DNA of 64,000 bases from Patescibacteria group bacterium. Its GTDB lineage: Bacteria > Patescibacteriota > Patescibacteriia > UBA2591 > UBA4787. This document shows, piece after piece, positions 9,156 to 19,638 of this stretch. Each line of letters begins with the position of its first letter. The first letter of the stretch is position 1. The position numbers were made by a program, and so were the translations under genes. Location of the stretch: the NCBI GenBank assembly GCA_028715115.1, contig JAQUSN010000002.1:132944-196943 (forward strand). The letters are read 5' to 3'. The notes beneath the pieces are model-generated. The model was given only the letters and a program-made list of their open reading frames with translations, had not been told where the DNA came from and searched no databases.

Positions 9156-10277
9156 ATGCCACTGATATTAAATCAAAGATTTAGATTAATAGACTGGGGA
9201 TTAATAATCCTTATTTTTCTTATAGTGGTTTTTGGTTTAATAGTGCAATATGATTTATCTTTTAATAATAACACAAGCGGGCTGTCTAATTTCACGAAGC
9301 AATTAATTTATTGTTTAATCGGTTTTATTTTGATTTTTATTTTAAGTCAATTAGATTTTCGCTATCTTAAATCAATTAGCTATATTTTTTACGGAGTAAT
9401 TTTATTAGCCCTTGTCGCTGTTCTTTTGTTTGGCAAGACTTTCCACGGAGTGAAAGGTTGGTTGTCGTTTGGCATTTTCAATTTTCAATTGGTTGAGCTG
9501 GCGAAGCTCGCCTCCATTATTGCTTTGGCTACCTTTTGGCAAAAGACTATTCGGCCTCTGCCGTTTAAACGTATTATTTTAAGCTTGGTTTTTGTCTTGC
9601 CGCCGATAATTTTAGTCGCTTTACAGCCAGACTTTGGTTCGGCGCTGGTTTTATTTTTGACCTGGTTGGGCATTATTGTTTTAGTTGATAATAATCCTAA
9701 GCATCTGGTCGCGATTTTTTTAACCATTGTTTTAGTGCTTATTTTAATGTATTTTTTTGTCTTTCATCAATATCAACGAGATAGGATTAGCACTTTGTTA
9801 AATCCCGGAGCCGATCCGCTTGGTCGCGGGTATCAAACTGCGCAATCGGCGATGGCCATCGGTTCTGGCGGTTGGTGGGGCAGGGGATTGTCGCTTAGTG
9901 CGCATGGATCTCTCAGTTACTTGCCGGCCGGACAAACTGATTTTATTTTTGCCGCCATTGCCGAGCGAGCCGGATTTTTAGGATGTCTTATTGTCTTCGG
10001 TTTGTTCTTTTTGTTATTCAGCCGGCTTAATAAATTGGTACAAAAAATTTATGATAATTTTGCCGCGCTTTTGACCATCGGTATTTTAATAAATTTAGTT
10101 ATTCATTTTGTTATAAATGTCGGAATGAATCTTGGTCTTTTGCCGGTCATTGGGGTTCCATTGCCTCTTTTAAGCTATGGCGGTAGTTATTTGTTGGTAA
10201 CGTTTATCTTTATCGGTTTAATACAAAGCATTAGTGTTCATCGTTTATTTATCGCCCAAGAAAAAGATTTAGCATAA
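9156..10277 (+). CDS. rodA: SEDS family peptidoglycan glycosyltransferase RodA/FtsW
   Basis: Polytopic; LQPDFGSA, DPLGRGYQ, AIGSGG, TDFIFA, GVPLPLLSYGGS. Confidence 0.88.
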   Translation: MPLILNQRFRLIDWGLIILIFLIVVFGLIVQYDLSFNNNTSGLSNFTKQLIYCLIGFILIFILSQLDFRYLKSISYIFYGVILLALVAVLLFGKTFHGVKGWLSFGIFNFQLVELAKLASIIALATFWQKTIRPLPFKRIILSLVFVLPPIILVALQPDFGSALVLFLTWLGIIVLVDNNPKHLVAIFLTIVLVLILMYFFVFHQYQRDRISTLLNPGADPLGRGYQTAQSAMAIGSGGWWGRGLSLSAHGSLSYLPAGQTDFIFAAIAERAGFLGCLIVFGLFFLLFSRLNKLVQKIYDNFAALLTIGILINLVIHFVINVGMNLGLLPVIGVPLPLLSYGGSYLLVTFIFIGLIQSISVHRLFIAQEKDLA

Positions 10278-10281
10278 TTTT

Positions 10282-10650
10282 ATGAAAATATTTATTGCTC
10301 ATTCAAGTAATTATGATTTTAAAAAAGAACTCTACGAGCCGCTTAGAGATTCTTCTTTAGACAAAGAACATAAAATTATTTTGCCTCAAGGAAAAGGATT
10401 TGAAACGATTACTCGAGATGTAATAAATGGATGTGATTTATTAGTGGCAGAAATTTCCTATCCCTCGACGGGGCTGGGCATTGAGTTGGGCTGGGCTGAT
10501 GTGGCTAAGATTCCGGCCATTGGCGTTTATAAAGAAGGAACGAGACCGTCTCCGGCAGTGAATAAAATGATAAAAGACTTTATTATTTACAATGATGCCG
10601 ATGATATGATCAATAAATTAAGAGAATATATTTCTAATCTTAAAAAATAA
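10282..10650 (+). CDS. Nucleoside 2-deoxyribosyltransferase-like protein
   Basis: CDLLVAEISYPSTGLGIELGWA motif. Confidence 0.7.
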   Translation: MKIFIAHSSNYDFKKELYEPLRDSSLDKEHKIILPQGKGFETITRDVINGCDLLVAEISYPSTGLGIELGWADVAKIPAIGVYKEGTRPSPAVNKMIKDFIIYNDADDMINKLREYISNLKK

Positions 10651-10651
10651 T

Positions 10652-11209
10652 ATGGGTAAGAAAGAAATACTAAATATTGTTGATGAAAACGATAATATAA
10701 TCGGACAAGAACAGAGAGAAAGAGTACATAAGAGTGGATTATTACATCGAGAAATTCATGTCTGGGTTTATAACGATAAAGGCGAGGTGTTATTGCAGAA
10801 AAGAGCGATGGATAAAGATACTTTTCCTGGATTATTTGACGCATCTGTTGGTGGACACGTTGACTTAAACCAAACCTATGAAGAAGCTGCCACTAGAGAG
10901 CTAGAGGAAGAAATTGGCGTTAAGGCTGACATAAAAGATTTATCTTATCTTATTAAAATGAGAGACAAAGATTATGATCAAAGTACCGGAATGACCAATA
11001 ATAGATTTTGGGTAGTTTATGCTTATAAATATAATGAGAACAAAGATAATTTAAGATTAGAAAAAGGAAAGGCGATAAGTCTGGAATTTTGGCCAATAAA
11101 CAGAATTATGAACGCCTCGGCTGAAGATAGAGAAAAATTCATTCCATTTTTGCTCGGCGATAAATATTCAATAATTTTTCAAGAAATAAAAAATTTAATT
11201 AAACAATAA
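10652..11209 (+). CDS. NUDIX hydrolase (IDI/YfcD-like)
   Basis: GGHVDLNQTYEEAATRELEEEIG Nudix box; LLQKRAMDKDTFPG. Confidence 0.9.
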   Translation: MGKKEILNIVDENDNIIGQEQRERVHKSGLLHREIHVWVYNDKGEVLLQKRAMDKDTFPGLFDASVGGHVDLNQTYEEAATRELEEEIGVKADIKDLSYLIKMRDKDYDQSTGMTNNRFWVVYAYKYNENKDNLRLEKGKAISLEFWPINRIMNASAEDREKFIPFLLGDKYSIIFQEIKNLIKQ

Positions 11210-11210
11210 A

Positions 11211-11987
11211 ATGAAACTATATTTTAAAAATAAAAGCGGATTAAGATTGTGCGGTGTTTTGGACGAGCCGAAAAAGAAGGGTGACACTTGCGTTATTCTT
11301 TGCCATGGCCTGGGAGTAGATAAAAATGAATACAATAATATTTTCGTAAAACTTAAAAAGCGATTAGTACAAAAAGGAATGCCAGTTTTCAGGTTCGACT
11401 TTATGGCACATGGCGAAAGTCAAGGCAAGTCGATAAACATGACTATTATTAAAGAAAAATATGATTTAGAGGTCGCGGTAAGTTTTTTGAGAAAATTAGG
11501 TTATAAAAATTTCGGTATTTTGGGCGCCAGTTTTGGCGGCGGGGCAGTGGCGCTTTTTTCGGCTCAAAATAAGAAAATTATCAAAGCCGCAGTTTTATGG
11601 AATGCTTTAATAGACTATCATAGCATTTTAAAACCGACTTTGTCCTGGCCAAAACGTAATTTTGGTTCAGAGGCGATGAAAAGGTTAAAAAAATCAGGCT
11701 ATATTTTCATTGGCGGTTCTAAATTTAAAATGGGCAAGAAATTATTTTCGGAAATGAAGAAATTACATCCTGGCCAGATAATGGCTAAAACAAAAATACC
11801 GACTTTGTTTATCCACGGCACTAATGATAACTATATTCCATATCAAGACTCAGTTAAATATTCCAAGCTATTTAAAAATGCTAAAGTTAAGTTGCTTAAA
11901 GATGCCCAACACGGTTTTGATGATAGTAAAGAACACACCGAGGAGGCGATAAAATATACAACAGATTTTTTCGCCAAATTCATATAG
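11211..11987 (+). CDS. Alpha/beta hydrolase
   Basis: CHGLG, RFDFMAHGES, GASFGG nucleophile elbow, IHGTND, HGF. Confidence 0.9.
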   Translation: MKLYFKNKSGLRLCGVLDEPKKKGDTCVILCHGLGVDKNEYNNIFVKLKKRLVQKGMPVFRFDFMAHGESQGKSINMTIIKEKYDLEVAVSFLRKLGYKNFGILGASFGGGAVALFSAQNKKIIKAAVLWNALIDYHSILKPTLSWPKRNFGSEAMKRLKKSGYIFIGGSKFKMGKKLFSEMKKLHPGQIMAKTKIPTLFIHGTNDNYIPYQDSVKYSKLFKNAKVKLLKDAQHGFDDSKEHTEEAIKYTTDFFAKFI

Positions 11988-11998
11988 TAGATAAAAAT

Positions 11999-12026
11999 AA
12001 AAATGAGTAGCTTAAAACTCATTTTT
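11999..12026 (+). terminator. Intrinsic terminator (A/T-flanked hairpin)
   Basis: aaaaatgagt-agcttaaa-actcattttt. Confidence 0.65.
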
Positions 12027-12039
12027 ATTTTAAAAGAAA

Positions 12040-12064
12040 CCGGCGCGGAACTAGTCCGCGCCGG
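12040..12064 (-). terminator. Terminator of the GC-rich two-gene unit
   Basis: ccggcgcgga-actag-tccgcgccgg followed by tttctttt on minus; ORF stop codon lies in the loop. Confidence 0.75.
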
Positions 12065-12269
12065 GAGATGGTTCTTGCTGCTGGAAGAGTGCCTTGTTCG
12101 GCATGCCGTCGGTTATGACTACGAGAACAGAGATGAGGGCACTGCCTATCTGCCACAGGATGAGTCTGATCACGAAAGGGCCCGGCATCATACAGAGCCC
12201 GATAGTGAGTCCAAGCCAGGCGCCTATGATAGACCAGAATATCACGTCTCTTGTCCCTAGATCCCTCAT
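12051..12269 (-). CDS. Small GC-rich two-TM orphan protein
   Basis: 72 aa hydrophobic; ATGA overlap with upstream ORF; ends in terminator. Confidence 0.6.
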   Translation of the reverse strand: MRDLGTRDVIFWSIIGAWLGLTIGLCMMPGPFVIRLILWQIGSALISVLVVITDGMPNKALFQQQEPSPGAD

Positions 12270-12490
12270 GACGTCCCCGTAGGGCGGGCGTCAAGAGGCG
12301 TTTTTTCCGTAGCGATTTCGTACAAGAAAACCAGGATCAGGCTGATCACTAACCAGGCGCTGGTCAGTAACGGGACGCCCAGGCCGATGCACAGAACCTT
12401 CCATAGGTTCAGCATGTCGAAGTGGCAGATCCAGATGACGTACTTGATGCACGTCACGAACCAGACGATGAAACACACTAGAGAAATCAC
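12266..12490 (-). CDS. Small GC-rich two-TM orphan protein
   Basis: GTG start after AAGGAGG; TTGACA at 12546-12541 upstream. Confidence 0.65.
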   Translation of the reverse strand: MISLVCFIVWFVTCIKYVIWICHFDMLNLWKVLCIGLGVPLLTSAWLVISLILVFLYEIATEKTPLDARPTGTS

Positions 12491-12577
12491 TCCTGCCTCC
12501 TTAGTTAGGTTGTATTTAATATTATATATTTTTGGTTAATTGTCAATCCATTTATACACCGAATATCTTAAATAACC

Positions 12578-12606
12578 TTGACAAGTTTCCCCCTTTATTT
12601 TATAAT
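12578..12606 (+). promoter_or_regulatory. Sigma70 promoter of rplY
   Basis: TTGACA-17 nt-TATAAT exact consensus. Confidence 0.8.
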
Positions 12607-12637
12607 TTTATCACTAACTATCTAAGTATTATTTGAT

Positions 12638-13324
12638 ATGACATTATCATTAAAAGCCAAAAGCCGTACGATTACTGGCGGCAAGGTAAATGAATTAAGG
12701 AAAGAAGGCCAAATTCCGGCTATTGTTTACGGCCATGGTTTTAAAAATGTAAACATTATCGTTTCTGATGGCGATTTTAAAAAAGTTTTTAAAGAAGCGG
12801 GCGAGAGTAGTTTGGTGAGTTTAGTCGTTGACGATGCTAAGCCGATTCAAGTTTTGGTTCACGATATTCAATATCAACCGCTTAAAAACACCATTCAACA
12901 CATTGATTTTTATCATGTCAAAGCTGACGAAAAAATTACTGCCGAAGCAGGCTTACGTTTTATCGGCGATGCTCCGGCTGTTAAAGAATTAAGTGGCGTT
13001 CTTGTGACCCCAATTACCAAAGTTAAAATCGAATGTCTACCCAAGGACCTGGTTCATGAATTAGAAGTTGACATTTCAACCTTAAACACCTTTGAAGATG
13101 CAATTAGAATAAAAGATTTAGTTGTGCCTGCAGGAATAAAAATTGTCGGATCGCTTGACGAAGTTGTGGCTTTAGTTGAAGCACCGAGAAGCGAAGAAGA
13201 ATTAAAGAGCTTGGAAGAAAAGCCAGAAGCCAAAGTTGAAGATGTTAAGACCGTAAAAGAAGAAACCAAGGCTGCCGAAGATAAAATCGAAGAAGAAAAA
13301 ACTACAGAAAAAACAGACAAATAA
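12638..13324 (+). CDS. rplY: 50S ribosomal protein L25/Ctc
   Basis: LRKEGQIPAIVYGHG, HIDFY, C-terminal Ctc domain and acidic tail. Confidence 0.95.
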   Translation: MTLSLKAKSRTITGGKVNELRKEGQIPAIVYGHGFKNVNIIVSDGDFKKVFKEAGESSLVSLVVDDAKPIQVLVHDIQYQPLKNTIQHIDFYHVKADEKITAEAGLRFIGDAPAVKELSGVLVTPITKVKIECLPKDLVHELEVDISTLNTFEDAIRIKDLVVPAGIKIVGSLDEVVALVEAPRSEEELKSLEEKPEAKVEDVKTVKEETKAAEDKIEEEKTTEKTDK

Positions 13325-13329
13325 AAAAA

Positions 13330-14352
13330 ATGAAATCATATAGACATTTAAAACGAAACGATTTGGTTTTGTTTGGGTTAATTTTTATTTTACCCATTTT
13401 TTTATTATCCGGATGTACGAAGCCGACGCCGACTCAAATCGAAAACCAAGAACCAATCGGCCAGCCGAACTCATTGGACGGTGAGTATGTTTCGGTCAAT
13501 GTTGATTTAAAGCCGGTAGCTGTTTGTATTGATAATTTTTTTGTTTCTCGGCCGCAATCGGGATTAAATCAAGCTTCAATAGTTTATGAATTGCCGGTTG
13601 AAGCTAATATTAGCAGATTTTTAGCTGTTTATCGCGGAGATAAATTACCCGACAAAATTGGCCCAGTTCGTTCAGCTCGTCCATATTCGGCAGCTATTGC
13701 CGATGAATATCGCGCAGTTTATGTTCATGCCGGCGGCAGCCCGCAAGCTTTATCAGAGATTGCCAAAGATACTTACTGGATTAATAATATAGACGGATTG
13801 ACCAAACAAGATGTATATTTTTGGCGCGATAAAAATCGCCAGGCTCCGTATAACCTATATACTTCGGAAAATCAAATAGCTAAATTTAAACAAGACAATC
13901 AAATAAACAATATTGCTGATTTTACTTCTTGGCTATATGTTGATTTTAAAGAAAATGGTCAAGATTTATCAGATATAAAAATTACCGGTTATTTTGAACC
14001 AGTAGTTTGGAGTTACAATATTGCCACCAAAAAATACGAAAGATTTTTATTAGTTAACGGCCAAAAAGAAAAATTTATTGATGATAATAATGTCCAAATT
14101 AGTGCCAGTAATGTCATCGTACTTTTTACTAAGGTTAGCGTAATTGATAAAATCGGCCGGAAGCAGATTGATTTGGTCAGTGGTGGCAAGGCTTCAGTTT
14201 TTAATCACGGAGTTAAAACAGAAGGAACTTGGGAGAAAAAAAATAATCGGACAATCTTTTTAGACGCGTCCGGTCAAGAAATACCATTAATGAGGGGTAA
14301 TACTTGGGTTGAGATTATTTCTGCGGCAACAGGCACTCTTTCAAATCTTTAA
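13330..14352 (+). CDS. DUF3048-type lipoprotein (YerB-like)
   Basis: LSGC lipobox; [34 protein letters not shown]. Confidence 0.8.
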   Translation: MKSYRHLKRNDLVLFGLIFILPIFLLSGCTKPTPTQIENQEPIGQPNSLDGEYVSVNVDLKPVAVCIDNFFVSRPQSGLNQASIVYELPVEANISRFLAVYRGDKLPDKIGPVRSARPYSAAIADEYRAVYVHAGGSPQALSEIAKDTYWINNIDGLTKQDVYFWRDKNRQAPYNLYTSENQIAKFKQDNQINNIADFTSWLYVDFKENGQDLSDIKITGYFEPVVWSYNIATKKYERFLLVNGQKEKFIDDNNVQISASNVIVLFTKVSVIDKIGRKQIDLVSGGKASVFNHGVKTEGTWEKKNNRTIFLDASGQEIPLMRGNTWVEIISAATGTLSNL

Positions 14353-15352
14353 TCAGATCATCTAGTTTTCCATCCATAATTTCATCGATATTAAACCAGC
14401 TTTTATTAATGCGGTGATCGGTGATGCGGTTTTGTGGGAAATTATAAGTTCTGATTTTTTCTACTCTTAGGGCGTGGCCGATTTGGCTGCGGCGTTGCTC
14501 GGTTAGATCGCCGAGCCTTTTTTCTTCTTGTTGAGCCATGAGCTTTGCGCGCAAAACTTTCATGGCTTTTTCTTTATTTTTTGATTGAGAGCGTTCTTCT
14601 TGAGAAGTGACGACTAAACCGGTCGGTTTATGGGTAATACGCACCGCAGTTTCTACTTTTTGTACGTTTTGGCCGCCCTTGCTAGAGGAACGATAGGTGT
14701 CAACGTCGATTTCATCGGGGCTAATGGTGATGTCGTGCTCGGTTGCTTCCGGTAAAACAGCGACCGAGGCCGTAGAAGTATGAACGCGGCCGTTTTTTTC
14801 CGTTTCCGGAACTCGCTGAACGCGATGCACGCCGCTTTCATATAATAAGATCGAGTAAGCCTTAGGTCCGCTGATACGGAAAACAATTTCTTTATAGCCG
14901 TAAATATCAGTTTGATTGGCGCTTAAAGTGTCGATAGACCAGCCCTGTCTTTCGGCAAAACGGCTATACATACGGAAAAGATTAGCGGCAAAAAGCGCAG
15001 CTTCTTCTCCGCCAGTACCAGCCCTAATTTCTACAATGACATTATTGAAGCTTTGGCTCGGGTCATCCTCGTTGATTAATTGTTCTTTTTGGGATTTTAA
15101 ATCATTTAATTCAGTTTGGGTAAGCGAGAGCATCTCTTGATCTTTTTCTTGTTTTAACATTTTTTCTAGATCGGTGATTTGCCGATCGAGAGAATTTATT
15201 TTTTCTAATTTATTAAGGCGTTGTTTGATTTGGGTATATTTTCTTGATAGCTCGGTTAATTTATTTTGATTAACTAAAACTTCCGGAAGCGTCATTTCCG
15301 TTTCTAGCTCACTAACTTGTTTTTTTAAATCATCGAGTTCGGACATATTCAT
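14315..15352 (-). CDS. prfA: Peptide chain release factor 1
   Basis: [43 protein letters not shown]. Confidence 0.96.
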   Translation of the reverse strand: MNMSELDDLKKQVSELETEMTLPEVLVNQNKLTELSRKYTQIKQRLNKLEKINSLDRQITDLEKMLKQEKDQEMLSLTQTELNDLKSQKEQLINEDDPSQSFNNVIVEIRAGTGGEEAALFAANLFRMYSRFAERQGWSIDTLSANQTDIYGYKEIVFRISGPKAYSILLYESGVHRVQRVPETEKNGRVHTSTASVAVLPEATEHDITISPDEIDVDTYRSSSKGGQNVQKVETAVRITHKPTGLVVTSQEERSQSKNKEKAMKVLRAKLMAQQEEKRLGDLTEQRRSQIGHALRVEKIRTYNFPQNRITDHRINKSWFNIDEIMDGKLDDLIKDLKECLLPQK

Positions 15353-15463
15353 AAAATAAAATACATTAATCAGTTTTTAACTAATTTAATGCATGTGTAA
15401 AAGAAATAATGCTATTGTCAAGCGAGTGAAGAATAAAGAAAAAAATATTTTTTTCTTTTTTGA

Positions 15464-15479
15464 TCCGCCAACTGGCGGA
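15464..15479. repeat. Mini-palindrome TCCGCC-n4-GGCGGA, copy 1
   Basis: tccgccaactggcgga; related copies at 22082 and 28424. Confidence 0.6.
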
Positions 15480-15508
15480 AGCGCCGACAACACAGGGCAA
15501 AATGCCCT

Positions 15509-15784
15509 TTATTTTTTGCTTTTAGCCTTTTTAGTTTTATTGGCGGTTCCAGTGGTTTTGGTAGTGGGCTTGTGCATTTCTTGGCCCTTGGCGACCATTT
15601 TTTTAAACCTTTCTAATCGGCCGCTCGTATCTAATAATTTTTGTTTGCCGGTGAAAAATGGATGGCATTTCGAGCAGACTTCGACGTGGATTTCCGGCAT
15701 AGTCGAACCAACGGTTAAAATATTACCACAGCTGCAAATAATTTTTGCTTTAGGATAATACTTAGGATGAACATCTTTTTTCAT
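15509..15784 (-). CDS. rpmE: 50S ribosomal protein L31
   Basis: [26 protein letters not shown]. Confidence 0.96.
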   Translation of the reverse strand: MKKDVHPKYYPKAKIICSCGNILTVGSTMPEIHVEVCSKCHPFFTGKQKLLDTSGRLERFKKMVAKGQEMHKPTTKTTGTANKTKKAKSKK

Positions 15785-15812
15785 ATTTGGGAGATTAATG
15801 AATTATGTGGAA

Positions 15813-15841
15813 ATTATAGCATACCTTAAAATATTTGACAA
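15813..15841 (-). promoter_or_regulatory. Sigma70 promoter of rpmE
   Basis: TTGTCA-17 nt-TATAAT with extended TG. Confidence 0.65.
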
Positions 15842-15979
15842 GGCCGGTTATCAAATTTCTAGGCAAGAGATAGGGGAAAAACGCCATAATATCTATTGCC
15901 AAAATTATTGCTATAGTATATAATGTAATAGCGAAAATTAAAAATCGCTTAATTAATATTTAGTAAAATTTAATTTTTT

Positions 15980-16690
15980 ATGGTTACTATTCCCACTTCC
16001 AATGAGTTATCTCAGGCGGCTGTTAGCATCGGTCATCGTTTGAATAAACGCCATCCCAAAATGGCTAAATATATTCAAGGTGCCAAAAACGGGATCAATT
16101 TGATTGACCTCAAGAAAACAGCTGAAAAATTAAAAGAAGCGCTTGATTATGTTGAACAATTGGGTGCGCAAAATGCTACCTTGGTTTTTGTGGCTACTAA
16201 GCCGGCCGCTAAGGGTTTGGTTAAAAAGTACGCCGAAGAAATCAATATGCCCTATATTAATCAGCGTTGGCTGGGCGGCACACTGACTAATTTTTCCACC
16301 ATTTCTAAATTAATAGAAAAATTGAAAAAATTATCCGATGGTAAGGAAAAGGGTGACTGGGAGAAATATACCAAAAAAGAACGTTTAAATATGGAAAAAG
16401 ATATGGATCGATTGGAATTTATGGTCGGCGGACTGAAAACTCTGACTAAGCTTCCTGATGCGGTTTATGTGGTTGATATTTTACAAGAAGCCACGGCTGT
16501 TGACGAGGCTCGTAAGAAAAAAGTGCCAATCGTAGCTATTACTGATACAAATACCAATCCGGAAAAGGTGACCTACGCCATTCCGGCCAATGACGATGCA
16601 ACCAAGTCGATCAATCTTATTACTGGTTTAATCGTCGAGGCCTATAAGCAGGGTCAGGTTAAAGCCAAAAAAGAAGTTAAAAAGGACTAA
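15980..16690 (+). CDS. rpsB: 30S ribosomal protein S2
   Basis: RWLGGTLTNF, DTNTNP, IPANDDA. Confidence 0.96.
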   Translation: MVTIPTSNELSQAAVSIGHRLNKRHPKMAKYIQGAKNGINLIDLKKTAEKLKEALDYVEQLGAQNATLVFVATKPAAKGLVKKYAEEINMPYINQRWLGGTLTNFSTISKLIEKLKKLSDGKEKGDWEKYTKKERLNMEKDMDRLEFMVGGLKTLTKLPDAVYVVDILQEATAVDEARKKKVPIVAITDTNTNPEKVTYAIPANDDATKSINLITGLIVEAYKQGQVKAKKEVKKD

Positions 16691-17527
16691 ATGAATAAAG
16701 AAACAAAGTTAACCAAGAAATTATATTCTTCGATGGTGTTGAAGGAGTGGAAGAGATTGGAGAAAAACGCACTTCATAAACTCGAATTTGATACAACAAT
16801 TAAATTCTTAAAAAAATTTTTACCCAAGAAGGGATTTATTCTAGATGCCGGGGGCGGTCCGGGAAGGTATACGATTGCTTTAGCCAAAGCGGGCTATAAT
16901 GTGGCGCTTCTCGATTTAGTTCCAGAAAATATTGATTATGCTAAAAGAAAAATTATCAAAACCGGTACTGCAAAAAGAGTAAAACAGACCACGGTCGGTT
17001 CGATTACAGATCTTTCGATATATAAAGACAAGACATTTGATGCTACTATTTGTTTAGGTGGTCCATTGTCTCACGTTTATCCCGAGAAAATGCGCAGGAA
17101 AGCTATTTCAGAATTGGTTAGAGTAACTAAAGTTGGGAGTCCGATATTCATTTCAGTTATGAGCAAATTGGGCACCTTAACCTGTTGTCCTGGTAGTCCT
17201 TGGGAAGGGGAGATAAGTAGGACCAAAGATTTTAATCGTTTTGCCATAAAAGGTGATGACTATTTATGGCATCATGGAAAGGGCTATTGTCATTTTTTTG
17301 ATATAGTCGAATTAAAAAATTTAGTTCAGTCTAAGAAAAACATTGAAATATTGGATCAGGTTGGGCTAGAGGGCTTAGGATCTTCGCACGAAAAAGAAAT
17401 CGACAAAATGTCAAAAAAGCCAAAAATTTGGAAGAATTGGCTGAAGGTACATGAAAGATTTTGTACGCATCCAAGCGTAGTTGATACAAGTTTACATATG
17501 ATGATAATTTTTAAAAGAATAAAATAG
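16691..17527 (+). CDS. Class I SAM-dependent methyltransferase
   Basis: ILDAGGGPGRY motif I; FDATICLGGPLSH. Confidence 0.9.
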   Translation: MNKETKLTKKLYSSMVLKEWKRLEKNALHKLEFDTTIKFLKKFLPKKGFILDAGGGPGRYTIALAKAGYNVALLDLVPENIDYAKRKIIKTGTAKRVKQTTVGSITDLSIYKDKTFDATICLGGPLSHVYPEKMRRKAISELVRVTKVGSPIFISVMSKLGTLTCCPGSPWEGEISRTKDFNRFAIKGDDYLWHHGKGYCHFFDIVELKNLVQSKKNIEILDQVGLEGLGSSHEKEIDKMSKKPKIWKNWLKVHERFCTHPSVVDTSLHMMIIFKRIK

Positions 17528-17554
17528 ATATTAATTTTATAATTTTATTTTACT

Positions 17555-18139
17555 ATGGCGAACGTTGAACTATTAAAAAGGTTGCGCGAGGACACCGGCG
17601 CAGGGATGAGCGATTGTCAAAAGGCTCTCGAAGAAGCTAAGGGCGATTTTGATAAAGCCGTCGAATATCTAAGAAAGCAAGGGCAAAAAATTGCCTTAAA
17701 TAAATCCGTCCGCACTATGCGCGAGGGCATTATTGACGCTTATGTCCATGCTAATAAAAAACTCGCCGTGTTGGTTGAAGTAAGCTGTGAGACTGATTTT
17801 GTAGCGCGCAATGAAATATTTAAAAATTTTGTCCATGATGTAGCCATGCAAGTGGCCGCGGCCAATCCGCGTTGGCTTTCTCCGGAAGATGTACCGGCAG
17901 AAGAAGTAGCGAAGGAAAAGGAAATTTACATTGAAGAATTAAAAAGAGAAAATAAGCCGGCCGAAATGATCGATAAAATTGCCACCGGCAAGATTAATAA
18001 ATTTTACACCGAAACTTGTTTGCTTAAACAAGCGTTCATAAAAGACGACAAAAAAACAATCGAAGACTTATTAAAAGAAGCAATCGCCAAAACTGGCGAA
18101 AATCTCAAAATTCAGAGATTTTGTCGCTTTAATATATGA
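17555..18139 (+). CDS. tsf: Elongation factor Ts (short form)
   Basis: LREDTGAGMSDCQKAL, EVSCETDFVARN. Confidence 0.96.
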   Translation: MANVELLKRLREDTGAGMSDCQKALEEAKGDFDKAVEYLRKQGQKIALNKSVRTMREGIIDAYVHANKKLAVLVEVSCETDFVARNEIFKNFVHDVAMQVAAANPRWLSPEDVPAEEVAKEKEIYIEELKRENKPAEMIDKIATGKINKFYTETCLLKQAFIKDDKKTIEDLLKEAIAKTGENLKIQRFCRFNI

Positions 18140-19017
18140 TTTTAATTTGCCAAATTGCTCCTTGGGATAAGCCCCTTGAAGTTTCGCAAACCGGCGAGAA
18201 CGATGATATCGATAATAGTCATAACCTGAAAGTCGGAGATAAGATTATAATCAAAAACGAACAGGGGACTGATTTGGCGATGATTATAAAAATAAAAGCA
18301 GAGAGAAATAAAACGCCGGAATGCGACGACTGCAAAGAATGTCCTGGTGCAGTAGCCGTGGCTAAGGCCAACCCTTCTTTTCAGACTACGGCAGCCTTAG
18401 TCCGCAGAGCTACGATGAATGATTTGGATAAACAGACTAAAAAGGAAGAACACAAGCAATCATGTTTAACTGAATGCGAACAATTGATAAAAAAACACAA
18501 TTTGCCGATGAAGCTGATAGATGTAATCTTTCACTTTGACGGCGGTCGAATAACCTTTGCTTTTACCGCGGCCAACAAAGTTGATTTCCGCGAACTAGTC
18601 AAAGATTTGGCGAAAAAAATGCATCGCTCGATTCGTCTATATCAAGTTGGCGCGCGGCAAGAAGTTGAGATGACCGGCGACATTGGCCCATGCGGACAAT
18701 CTTTGTGCTGTATGAGTTTCCTGGAAAAATTAGGCAATGTAACGACCGAATTGATATTTGATCAACAAATAGCGCACCGGGGCGTCGATCGTTTGTCCGG
18801 CCCGTGCGGTAGATTAAAGTGCTGCTTGTTATTCGAAGAAGATAATTATAAAGAGTTGGCAAAAAATTTTCCAACGCAAGGCAGTTTTGTGAGAACTCCC
18901 CACGGAGACGGCAAAGTATCAGGATGGAAAATTTTGCGCCAAACCGTTATGGTAAGGATTGATGATGAAACGATGGTTGAAGTGCCGATTAGTGAAATAA
19001 AAAAAATCGAAAAATAA
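18136..19017 (+). CDS. PSP1 domain protein (RicT/YaaT-like)
   Basis: VDFRELVKDLA, IGPCGQSLCC, LSGPCGRLKCCL. Confidence 0.88.
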   Translation: MILICQIAPWDKPLEVSQTGENDDIDNSHNLKVGDKIIIKNEQGTDLAMIIKIKAERNKTPECDDCKECPGAVAVAKANPSFQTTAALVRRATMNDLDKQTKKEEHKQSCLTECEQLIKKHNLPMKLIDVIFHFDGGRITFAFTAANKVDFRELVKDLAKKMHRSIRLYQVGARQEVEMTGDIGPCGQSLCCMSFLEKLGNVTTELIFDQQIAHRGVDRLSGPCGRLKCCLLFEEDNYKELAKNFPTQGSFVRTPHGDGKVSGWKILRQTVMVRIDDETMVEVPISEIKKIEK

Positions 19018-19637
19018 TGAAGAATATATTTTGTTTAACTATTTTATTTTATTCAGTTATATCGCTCACTGGCTGCCAATGGCATAAAGTTAATAATCAA
19101 AATATGACCGCTAGCAAAAAAGCATTATTGGTTATAGCTTTTGATGGCTTTCAAGACGCTGAATATAGCGTTACGAAAAACATTCTAACTGAAGCCGGCA
19201 TAGCCGTGATTACAACCAGTACATCGCTCGGAACGGCGACTGGAAAATTCGGAGCCAAAGTGGAAATTGATAATTTAATCAGCAACGCCAATGTTAATGA
19301 TTATAATGCCGTAGTTTTTATAGGCGGACCCGGAGCAGAATCCATGATTAACGACTCGGTTGTTCAGCAATTAGCGATAAAGGCTAACCAAGAGCAAAAA
19401 ACATTAGCAGCGATTTGTGTGGCGCCGGCAATTCTAGCTCAGGCCGGAATTTTATCAGGGCGCGAGGCCACAGTTTGGTCATCGCCTCAAGACCAGGAAT
19501 TCGTCAATATTTTAAAAAATAAAAACGCCAAATATTTAGAACAGGGCGTAGTGGTTGACGGTAGATTCATTACCGCTAATGGTCCGGACGTAGCCAAGCA
19601 GTTTGGCGAAAAAATAGCCGAAATTTTAAATAAATAA
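19017..19637 (+). CDS. DJ-1/PfpI family protein with lipoprotein-like N-terminus
   Basis: FQDAEY, FIGGPGA, AAICVAP, ITANGP. Confidence 0.9.
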   Translation: MKNIFCLTILFYSVISLTGCQWHKVNNQNMTASKKALLVIAFDGFQDAEYSVTKNILTEAGIAVITTSTSLGTATGKFGAKVEIDNLISNANVNDYNAVVFIGGPGAESMINDSVVQQLAIKANQEQKTLAAICVAPAILAQAGILSGREATVWSSPQDQEFVNILKNKNAKYLEQGVVVDGRFITANGPDVAKQFGEKIAEILNK

Positions 19638-19638
19638 C

